A stretch of 64,000 bases of DNA from a virus. The notes beneath the pieces are model-generated. The model saw only the letters and a program-made list of their open reading frames with translations. It made no database searches and was not told the origin of the DNA. Below are positions 8,933 through 17,876 of this stretch, one piece after another. How positions within the stretch are numbered: the stretch's first letter is position 1; each line of letters opens with the position of its first letter. A program made the translations under genes and the position numbers. The stretch spans positions 27,795-91,794 of IMG/VR virus record IMGVR_UViG_3300042368_001013; one strand, 5' to 3'.

Positions 8933-9966
8933 ATTTCGTGATTCTCAAAAATGTTGTTTATAGTACGATTGACCTTAACCATTGTACCACGCGAATACAG
9001 TTCAGGCAAATTAAAAGCACCCACATACGAACAAGCAGAACGCAATCCACCAAGAATTTCTTTAACGGTATGATGTACAGATCCACGATAAGGTACTTCC
9101 ACAGTGCGGCCCTCGGAAGCACGGTAATCCTTAAGCCCTCCGTTGTATTTTTCATTTGCAGTTTTGCTGGACATACCATAATGAAGCATCGTGAGTGATG
9201 CGTTATTATTGGAGTGACGAATTTCTCCACCACACTCGTCATGGCCTGCAAATGCACCTCCAGCCATAACAAATGCAGCTCCAGCCACAAAAGACTTAGC
9301 AAAATCACCGGGATGTACAATTCCTCCATCAGATACGATCCCAATACCTAACGCTGCTGCGGTTTCCACACACTCTATGACCGCCGAGAGTTGGGGATAC
9401 CCCACTCCGGCTACTCGGCGCGTCAGGCACATCGACCCCGATCCTATTCCCACTTTTACGAGGTCGGCTCCAGCATCTGACAATACCACGACCCCCTCTG
9501 GGGTTACTACATTCCCTGCAATCAATATTGACTTCGGCCATTTCTGTCTCACTTTCTTTATAAAGTTATGAAATTCTGTCATGTAACCATTTGCAACATC
9601 AACACAAACAAAAGTTGGATCATTGATCGTTGCAGTATCAACAAACAACTTACTCTCGGCATCCAGACCAAGAGTCAACGAAACATATTTTTCTTTATCG
9701 GGATAACTGGTGGCAAAGGTAACATAATATTCACCACCCTTTTTCAAACAAGTAATCATCTTGTACTCTGACAATACAAGAGCCATCTGGTGGGTTCCAA
9801 CAGTAGACATATTTGCTGCCATAATAGGCACACCAGTCCACGTAGATCCACAATTAAAGGTAGTACCGACTTCAAGATTTACATCTTTACGAGACTTAAC
9901 ACTTGAAAGCCTTGGTACAATGAGTGCGTCTGAATAATCTAGTTTTGATTCGTAGTTTAAAATCAT
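8929..9966 (-). CDS. guaC: GMP reductase
   Basis: KLDYSD, PIMAANM, DVANGY, KVGIGSGSMCLTR, GVGYPQLSA, YGMSS, YRASEG, GGLRSACSYVGA; start trimmed to ATG 9966. Confidence 0.92.
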   Translation of the reverse strand: MILNYESKLDYSDALIVPRLSSVKSRKDVNLEVGTTFNCGSTWTGVPIMAANMSTVGTHQMALVLSEYKMITCLKKGGEYYVTFATSYPDKEKYVSLTLGLDAESKLFVDTATINDPTFVCVDVANGYMTEFHNFIKKVRQKWPKSILIAGNVVTPEGVVVLSDAGADLVKVGIGSGSMCLTRRVAGVGYPQLSAVIECVETAAALGIGIVSDGGIVHPGDFAKSFVAGAAFVMAGGAFAGHDECGGEIRHSNNNASLTMLHYGMSSKTANEKYNGGLKDYRASEGRTVEVPYRGSVHHTVKEILGGLRSACSYVGAFNLPELYSRGTMVKVNRTINNIFENHEI

Positions 9967-10005
9967 GACCCACAATAATGACACATATTGGGAACAGGTC
10001 AATAA

Positions 10006-10179
10006 TTATTTTGATTCTTCTATTCTTTGTATTGCATCACGAAGACTTAACATTTTGTTTGCTAATTCTTTTGATGTAATCTTATCCCGAAGATACTCTT
10101 CATATTTTGAAAGAATAATCTTCGCTTCTCGGAAAAGTATTGCATGTAAATGATCAGAATTTTTGGAATCATTGGACAT
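10006..10179 (-). CDS. 57-aa hypothetical protein (below ORF-track cutoff)
   Basis: MSNDSKNSDHLHAILFREAK...RIEESK; AATAAATA 6 nt upstream; fills the gap between genes. Confidence 0.65.
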   Translation of the reverse strand: MSNDSKNSDHLHAILFREAKIILSKYEEYLRDKITSKELANKMLSLRDAIQRIEESK

Positions 10180-10188
10180 CAATAATAT

Positions 10189-10878
10189 TTATTGAATTCC
10201 ACTCGTGTCATCTCTGACAAATCTTATTAGATTTTTCATATAAAAAGAAGACCATCCTCTTTTAATTAAATTCCAAACCAAAACTCTGTCTCCCTCTAGC
10301 CCTGCAAATGAATTTAATCTAGTTTGAAATTCATTACCCGGTACACTATTTTGAGACAATGAACAAACTAATCTATCAACATTTCCGTCTACTTGAAAAT
10401 ATTCAATTGTACAAACTCCACCTAACAATTCTAAAAGTGTTTCTTGCTGTGATATAAAACGAGATTTATAAAAAGTATCATTTGTAATTATTTCAACTTC
10501 AGCTTGATAATCTGATGCTGGGTCATAAATTTTATTTTGAAATGTAAAATTATTCATTTCCAAATAATTTTCTGCAGATCCATATATTCCTTTTATATAT
10601 TTGTTAAACTCTAAATCATTTTTACTAATATTTTTATATTTTTCAATTCTATATTGTGAGGAAAGATAATCTTCTTCTTTTTTTCCTTCACGTTTGCTTA
10701 TATCGGATAGATTGGAATCTAAAAAAGAACTTTCTAGATCATCTAACACTTCTATAGATAAACTTTTATTTATAGGTTGATTTATTCTAACATCAATCGG
10801 TGGATATTTTTCATTAATATCTAATGATGGTAATAAACCATCTAAATCATCACCGGGAGTTTTTGAAAACTGACTCAT
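10189..10878 (-). CDS. Protein with C-terminal SH3/Sm-like (WYL_2/DUF2693-type) domain
   Basis: GVCTIEYFQVDGNVDRLVCSL...VWNLIKRGWSSF. Confidence 0.6.
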   Translation of the reverse strand: MSQFSKTPGDDLDGLLPSLDINEKYPPIDVRINQPINKSLSIEVLDDLESSFLDSNLSDISKREGKKEEDYLSSQYRIEKYKNISKNDLEFNKYIKGIYGSAENYLEMNNFTFQNKIYDPASDYQAEVEIITNDTFYKSRFISQQETLLELLGGVCTIEYFQVDGNVDRLVCSLSQNSVPGNEFQTRLNSFAGLEGDRVLVWNLIKRGWSSFYMKNLIRFVRDDTSGIQ

Positions 10879-11120
10879 TAAATTTTAATTATTATTTGTT
10901 TTTCTTTTATTAAAACATTTTTATAATTTAAATCTTTAACTAATTTAAAAAAATAATCTTTTGGGAATTCTTTTTCTACCATCACAAATATATCTTGAAA
11001 TGGTTGTTTTTTAATTTTATCAATATCTTCTAAAACTTTTTTAATGTCAGTATCTACTGTTTTAGCATCAAAAGATAAAAAAATTTCTGTTTCTTTTAAG
11101 TTTTCTTTTTTTGTCACCAT
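10878..11120 (-). CDS. Hypothetical protein
   Basis: ORF tightly coupled to neighbours. Confidence 0.55.
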   Translation of the reverse strand: MVTKKENLKETEIFLSFDAKTVDTDIKKVLEDIDKIKKQPFQDIFVMVEKEFPKDYFFKLVKDLNYKNVLIKEKQIIIKI

Positions 11121-11305
11121 GTCTTTGGAGTTGGTCTAAAATCACCTAACAAAGATTGCCTATTATCGCCACCAATTTTTTGAGGTGGTACTATATTTGG
11201 TTGAAAGTGCCTATTGCTCTCACTTAGAGGAGATGGGGCATTTTTATATTTTTTATGTAAATCTTTTATTACATCTTCCAATGATTTTTGTTGATTGTGT
11301 TTCAT
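11114..11305 (-). CDS. Hypothetical protein
   Basis: ATGA overlap with the upstream ORF. Confidence 0.5.
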   Translation of the reverse strand: MKHNQQKSLEDVIKDLHKKYKNAPSPLSESNRHFQPNIVPPQKIGGDNRQSLLGDFRPTPKTW

Positions 11306-11679
11306 CTTCCACTATATCCTTTAAAGATAGATTCTCTTGCATCGCTTTGTAATTTTCTTGAAAGTAATCCAACTACATCCCCTTGTAAATGAGAGGGAAT
11401 ATCTTTCTTAATAATCTTTCCTAGTTCCATTGCAAATTCTTTTGAATCTGGAGAAAATTTAATTTTAGATACTGCATTTATAATATTTTCAAGAGCAGTT
11501 ACAATTTCACTTTTAATAGGGATTGATTGATCAGATAATGTTTGACCTATAATATTTTTTACTGATGATTTTGAACTTATGGCCTTAACATCCGTATCTT
11601 CAAATCCGTGACCAAAATTACCTTCAGTGAGCATAATAGATTGTATTACGTTTTTAAATTGTTTATTGTTTAATCTCAT
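11302..11679 (-). CDS. Hypothetical late protein, possible head-targeted leader ending MLTE|G
   Basis: CATAAATA 5 nt upstream. Confidence 0.6.
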   Translation of the reverse strand: MRLNNKQFKNVIQSIMLTEGNFGHGFEDTDVKAISSKSSVKNIIGQTLSDQSIPIKSEIVTALENIINAVSKIKFSPDSKEFAMELGKIIKKDIPSHLQGDVVGLLSRKLQSDARESIFKGYSGR

Positions 11680-11684
11680 AAAAA

Positions 11685-11699
11685 TATTTATGATAAATA
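11685..11699. promoter_or_regulatory. Back-to-back divergent T4-type late promoters
   Basis: TATTTATGATAAATA palindrome gives CATAAATA (-) and GATAAATA (+). Confidence 0.7.
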
Positions 11700-11707
11700 G
11701 TTATATC

Positions 11708-12070
11708 ATGTCCTGCATTAAAGTAATATTAAATTTTCAAAACGAATTAAGACTCCATCACTGGGGAACTCAATCATATTCAACTCACAAAGCTCTAGGT
11801 AATGCATATGAGGCTATTGATGGCCTTTTAGATACCTTTACCGAGACATATATGGGCGTGTATGGTAGAGACGAAATCTACCAAATCAAAGAAATGAAAT
11901 TTAATGGCCCAAATGAAATCAATGTAAATAGCATATTAGATTCATTTGAAGATTTTTTAATGAATGATATAAACAAAGAGATTAATTCCGATCAAACTGC
12001 TTTGTTAAACATAAGAGATGAAATTTTAGGAACTGTACAAAAAACAAAATATCTATTGACTCTTAAATGA
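11708..12070 (+). CDS. Ferritin/Dps-like four-helix protein (DUF5856-type)
   Basis: HWGTQSYSTHKALG..YE....LLDTFTETYMG ... KTKYLLTLK. Confidence 0.75.
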   Translation: MSCIKVILNFQNELRLHHWGTQSYSTHKALGNAYEAIDGLLDTFTETYMGVYGRDEIYQIKEMKFNGPNEINVNSILDSFEDFLMNDINKEINSDQTALLNIRDEILGTVQKTKYLLTLK

Positions 12071-12276
12071 GAAATAAGAAAAAAATATTAAATACAAAAC
12101 GAAAACAAAATGAGAATCATAGTTACTATTTTGTAGCACATGTTGATTCATCTGGAGAAGTAACTCCATTATTGCTAACAGACAAAGAATTTTTAACAGC
12201 AAAAAAAAGAGCAAATAGAAATAAAGAAGACGTTCCCTTAGATTTTATTGTGTTTTCTCAGTTTCATAAAAATTAA
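12067..12276 (+). CDS. Hypothetical protein
   Basis: Coupled to the upstream ORF. Confidence 0.5.
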   Translation: MRNKKKILNTKRKQNENHSYYFVAHVDSSGEVTPLLLTDKEFLTAKKRANRNKEDVPLDFIVFSQFHKN

Positions 12277-12286
12277 AGGAGTAGTT

Positions 12287-12652
12287 ATGAAAATTTCAGA
12301 GCTTGTTTATGAAATACGAAATTTAGCCCGTAAAGAAGAAGATCCTGTCAAAAAGGATCTTTTTTATCAATGTTCCAAATCAATGGAAATTCTTGGAAAT
12401 ATAGCCAAGATTGCCGATCTTGCGGTTGCAGAACATAACGCCACAGAAGTACCAGCAGTAAATGAAGAGGATATCATCAAATGGAATATTGATGATGTAA
12501 CTTTAAAAATGCTTGAAGAGTATGTGGATTCTTTAGTCCAGTATGGATTTATGGACAAAGATGATAGATGGCCTTATGGCGATCAACCATTTACAAAATT
12601 TGTATCAAAATATCTAAAATCTCAGATCGTAAACGATTCCAACATAGAATAA
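12287..12652 (+). CDS. Hypothetical protein
   Basis: AGGAG RBS before ATG 12287. Confidence 0.65.
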   Translation: MKISELVYEIRNLARKEEDPVKKDLFYQCSKSMEILGNIAKIADLAVAEHNATEVPAVNEEDIIKWNIDDVTLKMLEEYVDSLVQYGFMDKDDRWPYGDQPFTKFVSKYLKSQIVNDSNIE

Positions 12653-13221
12653 ACTTTTGCTGGAATTGTTTTATGGCTAAGAACAGCCATATTTGATGGC
12701 ATAATTTTTAAAACATACTTGCTATAGTATGGATTTCTTTTAAAAGAATCAAATTTACGAGTTCTTTCCATCAAAAAATGGCTATAGATGTATACGTGGG
12801 CACGTTTTGCGTACATTTTGCTATTAATAGCCAAATTAAAGTTCTTAATTATCTTAATTGCTCGTTTTTCACAGTCTCTTTCCATTGCTCGTACTATAAA
12901 AAATGCACGTTTTATCTTTTTAAGGGGATAATTTTTGCCTTTTAACCAAGCATCAACTATAAAAGATGCTTCGTATGATTTTTTATAAATTTTAGAACTG
13001 TTTATATATTGTAAAAAATGGCAATATTCGTGTACTAGAACATGCATGAATTCATTTGACTTGCCAGCCACGGCTATAGCCTTGCCAGACTCATCAAAAT
13101 AGCCTGAACAACGGAAACCATCAACATTTACATGTTTTCCACGACCAATAATAAGTTTCATACCGTATTGTGCGAGATGTTGCCTCACAAATTTTACGAA
13201 CTGACGATTGCTCTGTCCCAT
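12622..13221 (-). CDS. HExxH zinc metallopeptidase-like protein
   Basis: VLVHEYCHFLQ and a downstream E (AMERDCE); GGAGG RBS; CCTAAATA late box. Confidence 0.7.
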   Translation of the reverse strand: MGQSNRQFVKFVRQHLAQYGMKLIIGRGKHVNVDGFRCSGYFDESGKAIAVAGKSNEFMHVLVHEYCHFLQYINSSKIYKKSYEASFIVDAWLKGKNYPLKKIKRAFFIVRAMERDCEKRAIKIIKNFNLAINSKMYAKRAHVYIYSHFLMERTRKFDSFKRNPYYSKYVLKIMPSNMAVLSHKTIPAKVYSMLESFTI

Positions 13222-13257
13222 AGGGCCTCCTTCAGTCAGAATTATTTAGGGAATTAC

Positions 13258-13285
13258 TTGACAGTGAAATTGTATGTAGTATAGT
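13258..13285 (+). promoter_or_regulatory. Sigma70-type early promoter
   Basis: TTGACA-N16-TATAGT. Confidence 0.7.
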
Positions 13286-13312
13286 ATGGCAACTTCTTAA
13301 GAAAGGAAATTT

Positions 13313-13549
13313 ATGGAAATTACTAATGTTGACCGTCCGACCAAGATTCAAAGAGTTTTTGATTACATGCGTAAGGGTACTCCCCTAACCGCAGGCGAGG
13401 CTCGCAAACGTTTCCGTGTTGGAAACATGCGTGCAACTATGCACGATCTTCGTGAGGCATTTGATCGTTTTGAAATGAACTACACTGTGGTCCGTGAGCT
13501 TCGTAATGGTCGTTCTTATTACCGCGTATCTCGTAATCGAGTACGCTAA
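13313..13549 (+). CDS. Small winged-HTH DNA-binding protein
   Basis: G.PLTAGEARKRF.V.NMRATM.DLR...GRSYYR; monocistronic with its own promoter and terminator. Confidence 0.7.
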   Translation: MEITNVDRPTKIQRVFDYMRKGTPLTAGEARKRFRVGNMRATMHDLREAFDRFEMNYTVVRELRNGRSYYRVSRNRVR

Positions 13550-13570
13550 GTTAATAAGAAGGTCTGTGTG

Positions 13571-13600
13571 AAAAACCCCGCCGTTTTGGCGGGGTTTTTT
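13571..13600. terminator. Bidirectional intrinsic terminator
   Basis: AAAAACCCCGCC-GTTTT-GGCGGGGTTTTT between convergent genes. Confidence 0.9.
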
Positions 13601-14903
13601 AATTTACGTTTATTTGTAGATTTATTGTAGTTGGACCTACAAATTCAATATAAATTTTTCTTGAACTTGTCTGAGTTTTAGTATAAATTAACCCAGATTG
13701 GTCAAATCCAGGGACTCCCATTAAATAAATTCCCGAAGTTAATGGTACTGTCTTAGCAGAATCAACATAATAATTTACATTGAATCCTTTTAATGAGGGG
13801 TGACTGAAGTCTAATTTGAATCCCGTAGTGATATTAAAATTCAATTCACTTGTTACTTGAAGAGTATCTGCACCTTCTGCATTTGTTTTTAACGCATAGA
13901 CATATGATGGTGTATATGTTCCTTCAAAATCATAACTTCCAGCCAAAATTTCTTCAATAAAGACAAAAACTGATCCATCATATGGTAGAGCTTTATCTGA
14001 TGTTGCTGCATTGAATCCATTGTCAGTTAATCTTGAACAATATAAACAAGGTATCCATTGAGCGCTATAAGTACGACTTTCATATTGTGCTCTTAAAAAT
14101 GCTTGTAACTGATTTTGATTTTCAAAACATTCAATTTGATTACCATCTGCATCAAAAACAACATAGCACCCAAGTTGTTTTCTTGTTTTGGATAAAATTT
14201 CTGGATTTGCATTTCCACGTAAAAAATGTGTAAAAGTAATGCCGGATGTGGAAAGATTTTGATTTGTTAATGCTATGTCAGTATATACTAATTCTCTATT
14301 ATCTTTTAATTTTACAACAGAATTGATTTTAATTTTTCCAGCATTTGTTGTTGAACCAGATATCTCAATATATTCTTCTTTTCCAAATTGAGAGCCAACA
14401 ATACCAAAATTTACAAAAGACTTACTTTGGTTTATAGTTAAATTATTTTCAATATAATTCTGAGCAGTAGCTCCACCACTATAACCACTAGTATATTGTG
14501 GGTAGTCAATAAAATTACTAGAATTGTAAAATTTATAATTTGCTAAACTTGTAAACCCAGATTGTATTCCACCAATTATAATTTTATCATTACCAGTTAA
14601 ACTTTCTAAAGAAAAAACTCCACTTACATCCACAGAATAATCATAATTGGGATCATAATAATTTGCATTATTGAGTGCAAATGTAGTTCCAACTGGCGTA
14701 TTTTTAAAAACTTTTTGTAAATAAGTAAGATCGGAAATATTATAAGATGCTGTATAGTCTATAAAACAACTGGTTCCTATAACAGAAACATTTGGTTTAG
14801 AATTTACATATCCTTGTAAAAATACTGGATCAAAAGTTGAACCATAAATTTTTACGCCATAATTGATTAAATTCTTACAAGCATTAAGAGCATATAATGA
14901 CAT
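13599..14903 (-). CDS. Putative virion structural protein, S/T/G/N-rich
   Basis: Composition; 'YIEISGSTTNAG' segment; late operon with 14905..15852. Confidence 0.55.
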   Translation of the reverse strand: MSLYALNACKNLINYGVKIYGSTFDPVFLQGYVNSKPNVSVIGTSCFIDYTASYNISDLTYLQKVFKNTPVGTTFALNNANYYDPNYDYSVDVSGVFSLESLTGNDKIIIGGIQSGFTSLANYKFYNSSNFIDYPQYTSGYSGGATAQNYIENNLTINQSKSFVNFGIVGSQFGKEEYIEISGSTTNAGKIKINSVVKLKDNRELVYTDIALTNQNLSTSGITFTHFLRGNANPEILSKTRKQLGCYVVFDADGNQIECFENQNQLQAFLRAQYESRTYSAQWIPCLYCSRLTDNGFNAATSDKALPYDGSVFVFIEEILAGSYDFEGTYTPSYVYALKTNAEGADTLQVTSELNFNITTGFKLDFSHPSLKGFNVNYYVDSAKTVPLTSGIYLMGVPGFDQSGLIYTKTQTSSRKIYIEFVGPTTINLQINVN

Positions 14904-14904
14904 A

Positions 14905-15852
14905 TTACGAAGCCATGTAGGTTATAATTTGTGTTCCTGTATTTGATACTGCATACAACTTATTTGTATTTTGTATATCAAGGAAAACATTTTCTCCTGG
15001 ATCTAGGGCATATCCATATGAGGAACCAACTAGTCCAGATGTGTTACCAACATAGATAAAATCAGTATTTGTAGAAAGTGCTTTTATGTTTATACCAGTC
15101 AAACATGTAAAGCCACCTGAATCCATTTGTTGTACTGCAGCAGATGTTGGGGACACTCTACCAGTTTTGAATGTTGTTGGTCTACCTACTCCAAGAGCGG
15201 TAAAATCTGTACGCAATCCTACTATTTGTCCATAAATTGCGGTTATACCATTTGTTATATCATTATTGGCAATACCTACAGTGTTACCAACAGTTACTGC
15301 TACGGCAGTTGCACCAGAAATTCCGGCAACCAAAACAGTCGAAGGAATTGTGGCTGTAAATGTTGCTCCAGTTATGGCAACCTTCAGAGCATCACCACTG
15401 GTTCCAATTGACCAGCCAGTTGCACCGACCAATTTAACAAAGATTGAAGTTGCGCCAGATGGGCCATAAGTAGAAATTGAATCAACGGTTGTATATAATC
15501 TACCACCAGTAATTTCAATTTGACTTCCTGTAAAAGTTTTTACGTATACAGGTGATCCAGTAGAACCTGTTGCAATAATAGTTCCGCTTATGGGAAGAGG
15601 ATAACCACCACCAGTACCCTGTACGGTAACAAGCCCGTTGAATCCTGTAATAGAAGCGGTGAGACCACCTGCAACTGTTACTGGGAATGGATTTGCAGAG
15701 GAAGTTGTAGTTGCTACCCCCGTAATACCATGTGCCAATTTAAAGATTTGGAAGTGGGCAGTTGTTCCAGAATATTGAGCTACATCTGTAGCTACAGCAG
15801 CAGTTAATCCAGCTGTTTCAATAATAATGTTTGGGTCTGTATCTGAGGCCAT
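14905..15852 (-). CDS. Putative virion fibre/decoration protein, very rich in T-G/G-x-T
   Basis: Repeated ITG/ATG/GAT peptide motifs; C-terminal beta-sandwich-like IKALSTNTDFIYVG...YALDPGE; late box 15879-15886. Confidence 0.6.
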   Translation of the reverse strand: MASDTDPNIIIETAGLTAAVATDVAQYSGTTAHFQIFKLAHGITGVATTTSSANPFPVTVAGGLTASITGFNGLVTVQGTGGGYPLPISGTIIATGSTGSPVYVKTFTGSQIEITGGRLYTTVDSISTYGPSGATSIFVKLVGATGWSIGTSGDALKVAITGATFTATIPSTVLVAGISGATAVAVTVGNTVGIANNDITNGITAIYGQIVGLRTDFTALGVGRPTTFKTGRVSPTSAAVQQMDSGGFTCLTGINIKALSTNTDFIYVGNTSGLVGSSYGYALDPGENVFLDIQNTNKLYAVSNTGTQIITYMAS

Positions 15853-15940
15853 TTGATATCCTATAAATAGTTCTAGAATATTTAGAAGAGTAAAATGATT
15901 GCTTTTATTTGATTATAGTATATTATAGTGTGGAGAAAAT

Positions 15941-16174
15941 ATGTATATAGACGATTCAGCTAAAGAAAAATTTTCTGTTAAAGTTTTACAGAGAGTATCT
16001 AAAACAAAGTTATCTTTTATGGAATGTGTTTTGGAACTCAGTGGAGAAATGGGATTAGATCCATCTGCCGCAGGAAAACTTTTAACTAAACCTCTTATTG
16101 AAAAAATTGAACAAGAGGGTAGAAAGTTAAATATCCTAAAAAGTAAAAAAAGTCCAAGATTGCCAGTTGACTGA
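15941..16174 (+). CDS. gp33: Late transcription co-activator gp33
   Basis: Size, LSFMECVL...LLTKPLIEKIEQEG..LNIL motif, position before gp32. Confidence 0.85.
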   Translation: MYIDDSAKEKFSVKVLQRVSKTKLSFMECVLELSGEMGLDPSAAGKLLTKPLIEKIEQEGRKLNILKSKKSPRLPVD

Positions 16175-16194
16175 CTCAATTGGAACGTTATAAT
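16167..16194 (+). promoter_or_regulatory. Sigma70-type promoter for gp32
   Basis: TTGACT-N16-TATAAT. Confidence 0.75.
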
Positions 16195-16233
16195 TAAAAT
16201 AGAAAGGCCGAGGTAGATCCTCGGGTAATTAAT

Positions 16234-17088
16234 ATGGCAAGTTTTTCAGATTTTAAGAAAAAGAGTAAGAATTCTGTATCCGCACTTAGTGAACGTCTTG
16301 ATAAGTTGACTTCAAAGGAAAGTTACAAAGATGACAGGCTTTGGAAGCCAGGAATTGATAAGGCAGGCAATGGTTATGCCGTTATTAGATTCCTACCAGA
16401 GGTAGCTGGCGAAGATAGTCCATTTGTTTCGGTCTATAGCCACACCTTTAAGGGTAAGGGGGGTTGGTTGTTTGAAAATTGTCCAACTACCACTGGCGAC
16501 AAGTGTCCTGTTTGTGCAGCAAATACCGAACTATGGAATAGTGGCATCGAAGACGACAAGAACATTGCTCGTCAGCGTAAGCGCAAGCTAACCTACTTTT
16601 CCAATATTTTGGTAATTGAAGATCCTGCTAATCCAGAAAATAAGGGAAATGTTTTTCTTTATCAGTACGGAACAAAGATCTTTCAAAAGATTCAAAGCTT
16701 AGCACATCCAGAATTTCAAGATGAAGTTGCCGTTGATCCATTCAACTTCTGGACTGGAGCAGATTTTAAGATTAAAATTCGTAATGTCGGTGGTTATGTA
16801 AACTATGACCGTAGCGAATTTTCTTCCCCGGCTCCACTCTTTGCTGGAGATGATAAGAAGTTGGAAGAACTTTGGAAGAAGCAATATCCTCTGAAGCCAT
16901 TTGTTGATAAGAGCCAATTTAAGAGCTTCGATGAACTTAATGAAAGGTTCAAGAAGGCTGTTGGTGATGATATCCGTGCTCAGTTTATTGAAACTAAGAG
17001 CATTGAAGATGATATTGAAGAACCCACTATTACAGAAGCAGAGGAAAAAAATCCTCTGCAATACTTCTCCGAAATGGAGAATGATTGA
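16234..17088 (+). CDS. gp32: Single-stranded DNA-binding protein
   Basis: DDRLWKP..DKAGNGYAVIRFLP, ENCPTT.G..CPVC, DPFNFWTGADFKIKIR, NYD.SEF. Confidence 0.97.
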   Translation: MASFSDFKKKSKNSVSALSERLDKLTSKESYKDDRLWKPGIDKAGNGYAVIRFLPEVAGEDSPFVSVYSHTFKGKGGWLFENCPTTTGDKCPVCAANTELWNSGIEDDKNIARQRKRKLTYFSNILVIEDPANPENKGNVFLYQYGTKIFQKIQSLAHPEFQDEVAVDPFNFWTGADFKIKIRNVGGYVNYDRSEFSSPAPLFAGDDKKLEELWKKQYPLKPFVDKSQFKSFDELNERFKKAVGDDIRAQFIETKSIEDDIEEPTITEAEEKNPLQYFSEMEND

Positions 17089-17113
17089 AAAAAGCCCCGC
17101 AAGGGGCTTTTTT
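17088..17113. terminator. Bidirectional intrinsic terminator
   Basis: AAAAAAGCCCC-GCAA-GGGGCTTTTTT. Confidence 0.9.
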
Positions 17114-17682
17114 TATGACCATGTAAATTTTTGTGAAGTTCTAGTCAACTCATCACCAAAATAATGCAGATCACCATTATATGTTGGTCTTGTTTCGGTA
17201 AATCCTTTTGGATCTTTTCCCTTATCCATTAGAGCCGAAACTGATTTATATAAGTTTTGTAAAGCAGGGTTTACCGTTCCATTTATTTCACTAATTACAC
17301 CTGTGAATTCTTTTTTGGTTACAAAATTAGGTTCATTTGGTTTTTCTAAAATATTTGCCGGAGTTACCGTTTTGGGTACATATGTTTCAAAAAATGGTAT
17401 TTGTTGGAGTAATCTATTAGTTGTATCTGTATCAACTGTTGTTGATGTGGTTGATCTTGGTCTTTCAAACAATTTTAAATCATTACCAAAATCAAATGGT
17501 GTATTCAAAGATTGATTTAATAATTCATTTTCGGGTAGATTTGATTCTCCCAATGATGCAACAGCACGTTCCGAATTAGAAGTAAAAACGTCAGGCTCAA
17601 TTAAATAATTCTGAACAACTTGTTCAACTTTTACATCGTCTGAATTCGAATTTATTAAATCTAGTTTTTCTTTTTCTTCCAT
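17113..17682 (-). CDS. Hypothetical protein in the tape-measure/gp29 slot
   Basis: Directly after gp26-gp51; no recognisable motif. Confidence 0.5.
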   Translation of the reverse strand: MEEKEKLDLINSNSDDVKVEQVVQNYLIEPDVFTSNSERAVASLGESNLPENELLNQSLNTPFDFGNDLKLFERPRSTTSTTVDTDTTNRLLQQIPFFETYVPKTVTPANILEKPNEPNFVTKKEFTGVISEINGTVNPALQNLYKSVSALMDKGKDPKGFTETRPTYNGDLHYFGDELTRTSQKFTWS

Positions 17683-17684
17683 TT

Positions 17685-17876
17685 TTATCTACTGTATTGT
17701 CTGTTTAAAGCCATTTCTTGTTGCATTCTTTTTTCTTCTGCCAAAAGATTAATATAAATTTCTCTTTCCCAGAATAACATATTTTCAATATCTTCTAAAG
17801 ACCATTTGTAATTATTTACCAAAGAAAAGTTTGTTTTATAGTAATCAAATAGATCTAAGAAGTTTGAAGCAATGTA
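17685..17876 (-). CDS. gp51: gp51 baseplate hub assembly protein; no own ATG, likely made by -1 frameshift from gp26
   Basis: Hand translation YIASNFLDLFDYYKTNFSLVNNYKWSLEDIENMLFWEREIYINLL...; missed by the ORF track. Confidence 0.85.
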   Translation of the reverse strand, partial: YIASNFLDLFDYYKTNFSLVNNYKWSLEDIENMLFWEREIYINLLAEEKRMQQEMALNRQYSR

